Program-made: the position numbers and the translations under genes
NCBI RefSeq assembly: GCF_022045235.1
Contig: NW_027266343.1
Location: forward strand, 18,786,001 to 18,850,000
DNA length: 64,000 bases
Direction: 5' to 3'
Source of the DNA: Haliotis cracherodii
Taxonomy: Eukaryota
Part shown: piece after piece, positions 27,380 through 39,870 of the stretch
How the letters are laid out: each line of letters begins with the position of its first letter
Position numbering within the stretch: the first letter of the stretch is position 1
The notes under the pieces: generated by a model
What the model was told of the DNA's origin: nothing
The model's database searches: none
What the model saw: only the letters and a program-made list of their open reading frames with translations

Positions 27380-27694
27380 TATGATGCCACATGACTACAC
27401 AGACTTTAACATAATTTCTCAACTTTACCAGACTACAAATGGGCAATTGTGTCGAGTATGTTTAATGAAGGAACTGATCTGTATGAACAATATAATGGAG
27501 AAACCACATGAGATCGGATATTTTTGTGTGTGTACCACATTGACTAACTTCAAGCATTATATGATGTTATTGATTTTAAGGACAGTATAGTAAGGGGTAA
27601 ACAAACTCCAACAAGGTTTGGAAAATGAGGAAAACCTAAATCCAATTAAGAACATGAGTATTCTGTTACAACACTTTTCGATGCATAGGTTTTA

Positions 27695-27863
27695 GTGAGT
27701 GAGTAAGTGAGTAGGGTTTAACGCCGCTTTTAGCAATATTCCAGCAATATCATGGCGGGGGACACCACAAATGGGCTTCACACATTGTACCCATGTCGGG
27801 AATCGAACCCGGGTCTTCGGCGTGACGAGCGAACGCTTTAACCACTAGGCTACCCGACCGCCC
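27695..27863 (-). mobile_element. SINE family A
   Basis: TSD tgcataggtttta. Confidence 0.9.
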
Positions 27864-28009
27864 TGCATAGGTTTTAAGAAATTGAGATACAAAGTAATAG
27901 AATGTACACTGCTCACAACCGTTAACGTTGCTGATTGTTGGTGAATTGTTAACGACAAAACTTCGTAAACTTAAGTAACATAAAGGTTTCGTGAAGAAAC
28001 AACAATAAT

Positions 28010-28245
28010 TACGCAAACAGACTGTAGCTGTCCCACAAACGTACTGTAGCTGTTCCTCAAACGTACTGTAGCTATTCCTCAAACGTACTGTAGTGGTTCC
28101 ACAAACGTACTGCAGTGGTTCCACAAACGTACTGTAGCTGTTCCTCAAACGTACTGCAGTGGTTCCACAAACGTACTGCAGTTAATCCACAAACGTACTG
28201 TAGCTGTTCCACAAACGTACTGCAGCTGTTCCACAACCGTACTCT
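28010..28245. repeat. 22-bp minisatellite
   Basis: Unit ccacaaacgtactgtagctgtt. Confidence 0.95.
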
Positions 28246-28550
28246 GCTTCCTGTTACCTCAATTACACCGCCTCTTTTACTCAAATAGTATAAGAAGGAA
28301 AACCATTCTGCATACTAAACTAAACCAAGGTGACACTTCTTCAATATGGGATTTATTAAGCAAAGGTTTGAACGATGGTCCAAACTGTAAAACGTTTTAT
28401 CAATAAGACAGATATCTCAATGTACGCATAAATGAATTCATGTGAACTCCATTAACAATTGACAATATAAAAACTGCTAAATGATTATATTGAATTGATA
28501 TTATAGGTAACTGCGGAGCTTCCTTGTTCTCTTAATGATATCAGTATTAT

Positions 28551-28695
28551 AGTGAGTGAGTATGGTTTTTAAGCCGCTTTTTGGAATATTCCATTAATAG
28601 AAATGGGCTTCACACATTGTACCCGTGTGGGGAATCGAATCAGGGCTTTCGGCGTGAAGAGCAAACGCTTTAACCACTAAGCCAGCCCACCGCCC
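28551..28695 (-). mobile_element. SINE family A, diverged
   Basis: Homology to the other copies; flanked by a tatcagtatt repeat. Confidence 0.8.
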
Positions 28696-29642
28696 CTATC
28701 AGTATTTGATACAAGATGTATTACTATGAAGGAAAGTGTCAATTGATCGAAATGTACACACATATTTTCCATTCTTCAAAATGTCGTTTATGAAAATATC
28801 TGGGAGAGTATTATCTTAGTTGCAAGAACCTGTACTTTATCTTGTCATGCGAATAGAAAATGTTTAATTAAACGGTTTTATCACAATAGGGTCGAGCATA
28901 TCTCTTTGAGTTCGAAATTTAAGACGACATAATGAGACATTTTCTCTTAAGTTGTTCTCGTTTCGTGATGTATGCACGTTTAGATCCATGATTACATGAT
29001 TAACGAAAACACACAGCGCACTCTGGACGAAGAGGCATTAAGCTTCACGGTGGGGGATCATACAAAACGGAAGATACGACGGGCTTCACCCGACGGGGTC
29101 GCAGGTGATGGATGCGAGTCGCTGGGAAGTTATACATGTATTAGTGACAGAAGTTTGATAAGCGAACGTCACAGGAGACTGCTAATGAATCAGTAACACG
29201 TGCGTTAAGATTTGTTTTCTATTTGGATAATAAATCAATTGGCATTGGAAAATAAAATATTTGACAGGTATTTCAAAATAACCTTTACCTATGCTAAATG
29301 GGTTATCGTTTATCAACTACTAAGTTAGTGTCGCAATGTTGCTCTACACTTTTCACGAAAACGAATGAATGAAACGTTTGAAACCAACGCTGATTCAGAA
29401 GGATATGCCGATTGTACAATTTCCCGATTTGTGTTTGATTCCCGATCTGAGATAACTTTGGGCGTTATTTCATATCAAGTTACACCCCTGTAACATATGA
29501 TCACCCTGTATTGTCGTATGCACAAGCACCATTGTCATCAATGCTATGACTGGATTGGCATGACCCTCAAGGTTGGTACCAAACCTTCTGACTTTTTTCT
29601 AAATATATAAAGGTTTGAAATATTGTATATTTGCTTGGGTGA

Positions 29643-29782
29643 GGGGGCGGTCGGGTAGCCTAGTGGTTAAAGCGTTAGCTCGTCACGCCGAAGACCCGGG
29701 TTCGATTCCCGACACGGGTGTCCCCCGCCGTGATATTGCTGGAATATTGCTAAAAGCGGCGTAAAATCATACTCACTCACTC
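29643..29782 (+). mobile_element. SINE family A, internally deleted
   Basis: Head and tail match the other copies. Confidence 0.85.
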
Positions 29783-30182
29783 GCTCCTTGGTTGAGAAAA
29801 CATTTGTAAATTGTTTGCATGCCTGGGAAATTGTATGTACCATTCCGGATACCAAGGGTATGTATTTGAAAAGTTTGCATATACTCATATTACTGGTACG
29901 AAAACATTTATGTTTCAAGTATGTGAATTATTGGACTAACGTTGTTGCATTTTTACATGCAATAATGCCTTTGTCATGAATGCTGATGTAACCTCATTAA
30001 CATTATGTTACTCAGGGTAACATACAACTAAACAAAGGACTTACACGCGCACTCACACCTTAGTTGTTAAAGAAAATAAAGAAAAACAAGAAATCACACA
30101 TACAAACTAACATATACTTACTTCAGTTTCATCTCCTCTACCTATGTGCACCACAGTAACTTCTATTTTTAAAAAGGGGGTG

Positions 30183-30464
30183 GGGGGGCAAGGGTGGTCC
30201 AGTCGTTTAAGGCGCCGCGATTCGCTGTTCAGAGTTGCGCCCCTTGGGCACGCCAGAAACCTATGATTGTGGGTTCGAATTCCGGCTCCCCCCTGATAAT
30301 GTTTCTAGGTTTATCAGCATCATACCCGTGCTCGTGGGTGCACCAAATTGGTAAACGTGTGAGACCTGCATCACTTCGGGCTTTCCTCCCACATTAAGCC
30401 GACACGCCGTGATATAACTGGAATAACGTTAAAAGCGACGTTAAACCCAACTCACTCACTCACT
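30183..30464 (+). mobile_element. SINE family D (tRNA-Leu-like long head)
   Basis: A and B boxes and an (ACTC)n tail; partial copies at ~13538-13680, 14422-14503 and 57520-57770. Confidence 0.85.
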
Positions 30465-30479
30465 CTATTTCCAAAACAA

Positions 30480-32815
30480 AAATTCATCACAAAAGTCGGG
30501 CACCCGATCTCCATGCATTATTTCTTCACCTGACAAAAAAACTGTCCTGTTTTGAAAACTGAAACTGATCAAATCTTACTATATAGTTGAAAGATACTGC
30601 ACAAACCCTTTGAAGACCTGACTTTGTCAAACCAACAACGTCATCTGTAGCATTGAATGTACTCTTTGTGGTTTGATTTATGTTGGAGAGACACAACAGG
30701 AATTATCGACACGAGGTAGCCAGCCTACCACCATTTCCATTTAAATCACCACATCATTTGCATGGAAGTCAGTATATCTGAGAAAGTATTCTTTCCATCT
30801 AATGGTCTTTACAATTAATGCAGTCACCCAGAGCACATCATTGGATTCGACATTGGATTCGACTCTTGTGTACAGCAATGCCCTTTGGGTTTAATTTAAT
30901 AATAGAAGTAGTGTTTCTAACCATCGAACTGCCAATGTATTTAAGTCTGTTTCCGGCATATTAAAGATGCCACCGTCACAAGAAAGGACGAAGGACGAGT
31001 GATACCGTTGATGGCTCTACAAACAGTAGTGAGTGAGTATGGTTTTACGCCGCTTTTAGCAATATTCCAGCAATATCACGGCGGGGGACACCACAAATGG
31101 GCCTCACACATTGTACCCATGTCGGGAATCGAACCCGGGTCTTCAGCGTGACGAGCGAACGCTTTAACCACTAGGCTACCCGACCGCCCCCTACAAACAG
31201 TAAACTCCTACGGTATCGACTAGAGGGTATAGTTCATGATATGGTTTGCAAAGTTAACTTTATCCAAACCAGAAACAGACTCCACGAAGTCCGCTCCACT
31301 AAACGACAGTATGTTCTTCAATTTCAACCCTGCAAACAAGGGATGCTTTTAACTGAAAACGAAAACATCTTTCCCGAATTGTCCCACAATCTTCCAACTT
31401 TCAAGACCAAACAACAGTTTCATATTCCTATATGAACACCATCACATCCAAGTTGTTCAATTATAGGAACGTGTTTCAGAACGAGGACTTGGCAGCTAAG
31501 ATGTAAATTCCACTACCTGTGTGTGTCAAGACTCATTATACTGCTACAACCATGTGGCCATACAAAAACACTGATTTCACTTTCCCAAATGGCATCACAA
31601 ATTTAAAATAATTTCGGATGCTGTTGAAGCATAGACTAAAATGGGCCAAAAGAGAAGATGGAACTGTTGAATATTTTTCAGAGTGTCTTAAGTTGGTGCG
31701 TGATATTGTCATTGATAAACTACATAAACTGCAAAAGAGGAAACAGAATTGGAATAAACCTATTTTGTCACAGCCAAGAGACCCTAAAACCTGACGACAT
31801 GTCCATTCCTCTTGTGTAATGGATTCCAAAGCACCATAAAAATCCGTGCAAAGACAGATATATTGCTGGGTCCAACAAATAAACCAGCAAATCCCTGTCT
31901 TAAAGATTAACCATAATACTAAATACAATCAAAGAAGGGCTTTCTTCGCGTTCACAGAACGTATTAAGAGATGTTGAATTAATAGCATCTTTTTTTCTTA
32001 AAATCTCAAGGGATCGATTTGCTTACAGTTTTCCAATCTCAGAAAAGATCCAATTTCAATTATGCCAAAACTGTACACCACTGTCCCACACGACAATTTA
32101 AAGAACAACTTCATTCCTTAATCCATGGTACATTTGTTACTAAACGCGGAGATAACAGATGTAGGTACATACTTATATGGAAAGGTTCAGGACAATTTGT
32201 CGAGAATGAAAGTAAGATTATATAACAGGAAGTTTTTTTAGAAAACATAATGTGAAATGCTGGACTTGCTCACTGATAACATCTATGTGAAATTTGGGCT
32301 ATAAGACGTTTAGGCGTCCCCCTGGGCGCTAATTGTGTTCCCCTACTTGCTTATCTGTTTCTTTGTGTATATGAATCGGAGTTCCTAAAAGAATTGGCAA
32401 AATCGATGATCTGACATTGTTCAATAACAATGAAATAGCCAATTTCCTTCCACTGATTTACCCACCTGAACTAAATGAGACCAGTGGAACCGCCTTATCT
32501 GTTTCATATTTAGAGTGAGTGAGTTGGGTTTAACGCCGTTTTTAACAGTATCCCCGTATCACGGTGTCATATTTAGATCAATCCTTAAAGATTCAGAATG
32601 ACAAAATAAATATCGACAAGAGGAATGACTTTGTCAACGTTTCTGTTATGTCGAGCAATAATTCAGCAGCTCCGGCCTTTAGTGTCTACATTTCACAACT
32701 ATTTAGGCACAATCGAACATGCCCTTTCTTCGAATATTGTAAAAAGTATCATACAAAAGTTGTTTCATAAGGGTTACAACATTCAAGGCCTCAGTCGGAA
32801 TCGTACAATGGAGAT
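30480..32815 (+). mobile_element. Penelope-like retroelement, Naiad/Chlamys type (N-terminal GIY-YIG endonuclease, then RT), degenerate
   Basis: NNVICSIECTLCGLIYVGETQ (~30640-30700), HWIRLLCTAMPFG (~30850), WIPKHHKNPCKDRYIAGS (~31820), LYTTVPHD (~32070), GVPLGANCVPLLAYLFL (~32315), IDDL (~32402), SYLD, and SSNNSAAPAFSVYISQL (~32650). Interrupted by SINEs at 31029 and 32513. Confidence 0.85.
31029..31190 (-). mobile_element. SINE family A inserted in the Naiad PLE
   Basis: TSD ctacaaacagta. Confidence 0.9.
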
Positions 32816-33599
32816 GTCTTATGATTATGTAATTTATTTTTGTCTGCAGTCACTCTGTTTGTTACAAATTAACGAAAACAAAATATATCTCTGTGAAATG
32901 TTTCTTCAAAACGTCAAAATCTAAGTCTTCTTGATATTCGAATTTACGACACGTGAAACAATAAAAATTGAAGAGGAGATATAGAATAGGGCTCCGATCA
33001 GGTAAAACCCAGCATTTGGGATCAATATAACGAAGCATATTTCAGTTGACTTGTCCAGGTCTGTCACAACTGTGTCCCCTTATGGCCTTCAGAATTAAAG
33101 GGTTATCAACATCACCATTCTATAATATGTGCTATGTCTGTTATTCATTAATATACATGTAGTAATAATCTGACGTGAACAGCTCTAAATGTTTTGATTA
33201 GCTATAAACTATAAACTCCCACTAAGGGAGTGGTTCTAGGCATGTCCGCGAACTAGCGGTTGTAATCTTGTAATCATTTGTTCTCGAGAAACTGTTATTA
33301 CGGACAAACTCCATCTGTTTGAGAACGCAGTACGAAGATTAGGGAGTGATATAACTAATCTCTCACCATAAATAATTCAATAATAGTTGTGCTGTATTTT
33401 ACGCGTTCCATCATTTTTCAATACCAAAGGCAATTTGTACGTTTGGTTCAAACGTGATAATGAATGAGTGAAATAATAAGTTTATCGATATTGATCGTAA
33501 TGAGCTGTTCGCCTTACTTTCGGAATATTGCTGGGTGCGGCGTTAAACAAGAAACAAACACACTCAAAAGTTAAAAGGATTGAATCCTGCTGACTCCGA

Positions 33600-33780
33600 G
33601 ATGGAACATTGGGTTCAGTTTAACATGTGAGAAAACACTCTTCACAAGACTGTATGCTAAGACATTCCAATAGTCAACTTTCCCTTGATGTCGAGCAATA
33701 TTCCTGCTGCTCCAGCCCTAAAAGGTTGTGAAATGTAAACACCATAGGCTAGAGCTGCAGAAATATTGCTCGACATTTGT
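33600..33780. mobile_element. PLE RT fragment followed by an inverted copy of itself
   Basis: Plus-strand IVNFPLMSSNIPAAPA abuts minus-strand MSSNISAALAYGVYISQ. Confidence 0.65.
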
Positions 33781-35705
33781 TGATAACTCATATATCTATG
33801 TCTGATGATAAAGTTGATAACTGATATTTTTACAGTATTTTTGTTGAAATATATATATATATATTTGTTTAAAGAAGGCCTTTACCCGCTCCACAAGCCA
33901 CCCCCACACCGACCCCCATCCCCGCCAGAAGATCAAAAGGTCCCTAATTGAACCATACTTACATGAATCATTTGAATCATTTTTAAACACATTATTTGTT
34001 ATTATTTGTTCATAACAATCCCTATGTGAATTTGATTTTACAATGGTCTCCCATCCGTTTTGTATTCGACATGGTGTGTGTTGACGACCTATTGCTGACG
34101 TACATATATATTGTACGCCGTGATAAAACTGGAACACTGTTCAAAGCGGCGTCAAACCCAACTCACTCGCTCACATGCATGTTGTCTTAGTGTGATGATG
34201 TCTTGTGTTGACACTGTAGGATGGTGCCGTATGTATGTTGTATGTGTAAACAGAGTATGATGAGGACGTATGTTGATTCCGTGTGTTGATGACGTACATG
34301 GATGTTGACGGCGTGTGCTGATGCCTTGTGTTAACACTGTGTCATCATGCTTGTATGTATGTTTGTACAGTATGTGTTGACAGAGTATGATGAGGACGTA
34401 TGTTGATTTCGTGTGTTGTAACGTATGTTGTTACAGTATGTGTTGACATTGAATGTTGGTGGCGTGTTTTGACGACCTATGTTGATTCGTGTGTTGATGA
34501 CGTTCAGGGATGTTGACGCCGTGTGCTAATGCCTTGTGGTAACACTGTATGATCATGCTGTATGTTGTATGTGTTGGCAGCGTGTGTTGATGGCGTGTGT
34601 ATTGTTTTATCCCCTCAATGTCTAGCGCCCGACAGACAGGATAACACATACCATATTGTAACGTCATTTGCTTTAGGTTTACATTCTATACATATATGTT
34701 GTGTACTAACTGTTTACGCATAAAACTTTGGTGCACACTGTGAACAGCGGAGTGTTTCATTTGTTAGTTTTGTTTGTTGTTTAATGAAGCACTCAGCAAT
34801 TTGCCAGTTTGGGTTTCCTCTGGGCCTATTCTTAAACCGCAAGAACCCCGGGGCGAAGTGTATGGTGGTGTGAAGGAAATAATTGAATATACTAAGACAC
34901 ATTAACACAAGCATTAACCCAAGTTGATAAATATCGATGTGTGAGCATTGGGTTTAGTTCTTCAATAACACATGACGACATTGCAACATTTTATGCTTAT
35001 TGGATAACGGACATTTACATATACATTTATTCTCAAATGAGATCAATGATGATGGGAAAATAGCCTGACTTGATAACACATAGCACACCGATATAAAGAA
35101 AATTGACATAGCAGCTGTGTGCATTAAATAATTCGTAATTGCCTGGATGGTTCAGCCTGTCGCCCAGTTGCTGACCTGCCGAGTGTAAGAAGGGTATGAT
35201 CATGAATATGATTGGAGGTCTCATAAATAAATTACGCACTTTTTAGAAAGTGAGGTGAGATGGAATGGCAATTAATGTCGTGTTCTAGATTATTTCACCG
35301 ATCAATCTTATACAGATTATACAATTTAAGAACCGTCACACAAAAAATACATAATTATGAGATGCGTCGTGAATAAAGACACATTGTTTATGCTAAAATG
35401 TTTACAATGGTTTGTTATTTTCAGGAAACAATAAATGACACTTCTATCACATGAAATAAATATAAACTGCGAGTGAGTTTTGTTATAATTGTACTCAATA
35501 TATGCTCAAATGAACAATATACTAGATTAAAACAGAGGAAAATTATTTTTTCCAGCTTTTTTGACGGAACAAATTATATGCTTCAAAAAGAAACAAAAAA
35601 ACAATTCCCGTGAGAATATCAAAAGGTCCCTCATGGGAACATACTTATATAAGTAAACAATTATATATTTGCTCATAACTGCAACTGTATATTCCTTTTT
35701 TATAT

Positions 35706-35873
35706 GGGGCGGTCGGGTAGCCTAGTGGTTAAAGCGTTTGCTCGTCACGCCGAAGACCCGGGTTCGATTCCCGACATGGGTACAATGTGTGAAGTCCATT
35801 ACTGGTGTCCCCCGCCGTGATATTGCTGGAATATTGCTAAAAGCGGCGGCGTTAAACCATACTCACTCACTCA
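35706..35873 (+). mobile_element. SINE family A
   Basis: Full head, body and tail. Confidence 0.9.
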
Positions 35874-35928
35874 CCCCATTTGATTATATACAAGGGTCCC
35901 CCATACTTTTGCATTCAACATGCATGTA

Positions 35929-36640
35929 CGTTGACGCTGTGTGGTGATGCCTTGTATTGACACTGTGGTGATGCCGTGTGTTGACACTGTGGTGATGCCT
36001 AATGTTAACACTATGGTGATGTCTTATGTTGACACTGTGGTGATGCCTTATGTTGACACTGTGTTGATGCCTTGTGATGACACTGTGGTGATGCCTTATG
36101 TTGACACTGTGGTGATGCCTTGTATTGACACTGTGGTGATGCCTAATGTTGACACTATGGTGATGTCTTATGTTGACACTGTTGTGATGCCTTGTGTTGA
36201 CACGGTGGTGATGCCTTTTGTTGACACTGTGGTGATGCCTTGTGTTGACACTGTGGTGATGCCTTATGTTGACACTGTGTGAGGATGCCGTATGTATGTT
36301 GTTAGTATCTGTTGACAGTGTATGCTGGTGGCGTGTGCTGACGACGTATGTTGATATGGTGTGTTGACGACGTACATGGATATTGGCGCCGTGTGGTGAT
36401 GCCTTGTGTTGACACTGTGGTGATGCCTTATGTTGACACTGAGTGATGATGCCTATGTATATTGTTAGTATCTGTTGACAGTGTATGCTGGTGGCGTGTG
36501 CTGACGACGTATGTTGATATCGTGTGTTGGGGACGTACATGGATGTTGACAATGTGGTGATGCCTTATGTCGACACTGTGTGATGATGCCGAATGTATGT
36601 TGTATGCATTGGCAGTGTGTGTTGATGGCGTGTGTTGACG
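35929..36640. repeat. 24-bp minisatellite (degenerate relative at ~34070-34600)
   Basis: Unit gttgacactgtggtgatgccttat. Confidence 0.95.
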
Positions 36641-37799
36641 TGTCTTGCCATCCAATGATGAATATGCCTGTTTGTAGTGTATATTGACGCTAGGTGCTGG
36701 TGCCGTTGGTTGACGTGTTTTCACAACCTATGTTGCAGAACTTGTAGACGGCGTATGTTGATTTCCTAATATGCTTGATTACTTGTTTTGACATTGAAAG
36801 TTGGCGCCATGTGTTGATGCGGTTCGTTGATATATGCTGACAAGGGTGGTGCTACAATATATTAATGTCGATAATATAACACTTAAAATTGTACATGTCT
36901 GCAACGAAGTATTGCTCACCACCGACATGAGTGAGTGAGAGGGTTTCACGTCGCCTTCAAAAGTAGTTCAGTCGTACCTCGTCGTGTCAGCTTAATGTAG
37001 GAGGACAATCAGAGGCGCAGGTCGTACTCGTTTAGCGCTTCATAGTCGACACCTACGAGTACGTGTGTAGCGCTTACCAGCACATGGTCATAACCAGGGT
37101 GACTCTGATAATTGATTTTGTTTGTTTGTTTGTTTGTTCTTTAACGCCACACTCAATACTCCAGCTGTATGACGGCGGGCTGTAAATAATCGAGTCTGGA
37201 CCAGACTATCCAAAAATCGGTATTGTGACCAACAATCCATCCCGTCGGGGAGCGATGACACGCAACCAACCAAGTCACCGATCTATTTCGTCAAGCACGG
37301 GTTGCTCAGGACATATACTAGTGGGCGAAGTGGTTTGTGGTTGATGGAAATATTTGAATATGCTAAGACACGTCAACACAAGCATAAACCCATGTTAATA
37401 AATATCGATGTGTGAGCATTGAGGTTAGTTCTTCAATAACAAATGACGAATTGCAACATTTTATGCTTTATTCATACACAAAAACAAGGCGTCTCAAAAC
37501 GGATAATACACATTTACAAAACATTTATTCTCAAATGAGATCAATGATGATAGGAAAATAGCATGACTTGATAACACATAGCACACCGATATAAAGAAAA
37601 TTGACATAGCAGCTGTGTGCATTAAACAATTCGTAATTGCCTGGATGGTTCAGTCTGTCGCCCAGTTGCTAACCTGTCGTGTATAAGAAGGGTATGGTCA
37701 TGAGTTTTCATAAACAAATTATGCTCTCTTTAGAAAGTGAGGTGAGGTTGAATGGCAATTAATGTCGGTTTCTAGATTATTTCACCTATCAATTTTAAC

Positions 37800-38068
37800 G
37801 AGTGAGTGAGTAGGGTTTAACGCCGCTTTTAACAGTATTCCAGTTATATCAAGGCGTGTCAAGGAGGAAAGCCCGAAGTGATGCAGGTCTCAGACGTTTA
37901 CCTCTTCGGTCAAACCCACGAGCACGGGTATGGTGCTGATAAACCTAGAAACATAATCGGGGTGAACCGGGATTCCAACCAACAATCATAGGCTTCTGGC
38001 ATGCCCAAGGGACGCATCTCTGCACAGCGAATCGCGGCGCCTTAGACGACTGGGCCATCCGTGCCCCC
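37800..38068 (-). mobile_element. SINE family D
   Basis: Reverse complement of 30183-30464; TSD caatttta; absent from the paralogous site at ~35300. Confidence 0.88.
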
Positions 38069-39289
38069 ACAATTTTATTGTCATGGACATATTATCACTA
38101 TTGAGAAAGGTCATTAAGAAATTACATAATTATGAGATGCGTTTTGAACAAGGACACATTGTTAATTGCTAAAAATGATTACAATGTTATTTTCAGGAAA
38201 CAATAAACAACACTTCTACGACATGAAACGAATATAAATAGCGTGAGGGCTGCAAAAGAATTACCTACGTGGGGATGGATGAAATCTCTACCATATCCAT
38301 TACTTTCTATGTTGTGGAATGTACAATTGTATTTCCGAATTTGGTGACGTCGTTAACGCTTAACGTCATTCAAAATATCCGATTTACAGGTGCGATTCCT
38401 TGCTTGCACTGGTACTTTAGGCATGGTAAGTGTGAACTGTGGTAAAGAACTTGTTATCGAGGAAGTCTTGGCTAAGGAAGTCAAGAAAGGAGCTATCGAT
38501 GATACGAAACGAAACGATAATCACAGACTAAAGTTCAAATGGTCAACAACAAGCGGAATAATTCCAATATAACTCAATTCTTGTGTTGCTTACGACAATG
38601 ATGACGTCACATTTTATAATTGTGGCGCTATATGAACACTGTTGGTATCTAGGCCCAGTTCTAGACCTGTCAAACACCGTTTGATGTGTCAAACTTACGG
38701 TTGTCTCGAAGTAAAAGCATGGATCCTGCTTATTCCTTTTTTATTCGTCATGCTCGGTTGTGTCGAACCTCGAAGCATTAACGTGGGTCCTTTCAACTTC
38801 GACACAACAGTGTTTGACTGTACTGTATCACATTTTCAAACATGTCCTGAACTGAGTAATACAATGATAAAGTACAACATGAGCTATTTAAATATATTAT
38901 GCAATAAACGTGCCTATTTGAGTTATTGAGTTATTTGGGCTTTAATCCGCGGTGAACGGCACTTCAGCTACATCTCGATGTGACAGCTCTATTTGAGATG
39001 AAAGTCCAACGTGTTTGTTTCCTCTTTGGTGGAGCACACAAGCAAGGGTTTAGTGCTGACAGACTGGTTACGCATCATATTAATCTCGGTGAATATAGTA
39101 TTCGGACCAACCACTAGGGCATCCTCAATGGGCCTGAAGACGCGGATGTGTACAGCGACTTGAGCCACCGCAAACGACTGAGCCACCCGTGTCCCATTCT
39201 GCGCACCGCACTATTATCAATAAATTGAAATAAATAGCATAAAATAAAAGCGACCAAAACATCTCCATAATCATGAGAAGTACCTGCTA

Positions 39290-39870
39290 AAAGATTGTCG
39301 TACGATTCAGACTACACCATAATCTTGTGTTTATGAATCACTATCAATTGGTGGTAACAGCAGGTGTTCGCGAAAAGGTCAAAAACACATGCAAAGGCAA
39401 ACAACACCGAACATATTGCTATTAGTCGAAATATGGATTTGAATCGAACACAATTTTGGTCAATTTATGCGTCAAATATGTAAATATACCATAAACTTTT
39501 TTTTATAAAGCCTTACTAAGACCTTGCTTTTAGTTATCGTAATAAACAACTTTTGAGCAAGAGTCGTATGACGCTCTTAGAAGGAGCATGATAAAAAGTT
39601 GTGAAATGTAGACACCAAAGGCGGGAGCTGCTGGAATATTGCTCGATAAAAGGGAAAATTTAATTATCCTCTTTGGCATACATTCTTGTACATTATTTAT
39701 TGTCACTCTAAATTTTCATGCATAGATCTAAATATGAAACAGATAAGGCGGTTTCACGGGTCTCTTCGATTTCTTATTCAGATAGGTAAACCCGATGAAT
39801 TGAATTGGCTATTTGACCATTTTTGAACGATATCAGATCATCAAGGTTCCTGAAGTTTTGATTTTGCACA
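39290..39870 (-). mobile_element. Naiad-type PLE, RT C-terminus plus 3' UTR
   Basis: FRNLDDLI, ETALSVSYLD and SNIPAAPAFGVYISQ on the minus strand; the 3' UTR block is shared with 26240-26330 and 56310-56460. Confidence 0.75.

Larger units (their letters stand above)
24196..27612 (-). mobile_element. Naiad-type PLE partial tandem array (3' end/UTR followed by 5' GIY-YIG/linker), with nested SINEs and Tc1
   Basis: SVIYGLDC (~26045), WILLLCTAMSYGCND (~25400), FLNFESANNGIDAL (~25020) and ORF end VTKMVSDAI (~24495, ~26410). Blocks 24271-24879/26281-27612 and 24196-24270/24875-24950 are direct repeats. Confidence 0.7.
33930..38240 (+). repeat. Older tandem duplication (~33.9-35.5 kb versus ~35.6-38.2 kb)
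   Basis: Same order in both units: aaaaggtccct block, 24-bp satellite, SINE-B remnant, then 34851-35470=37323-38240. A third partial copy is at 7276-7483. Confidence 0.8.

Noticed and set aside
35706-35780. tRNA-Asp(GTC) genes at the SINE A heads
   Set aside because: The acceptor stem does not pair, and the head is always joined to the same body and tail, often with TSDs.
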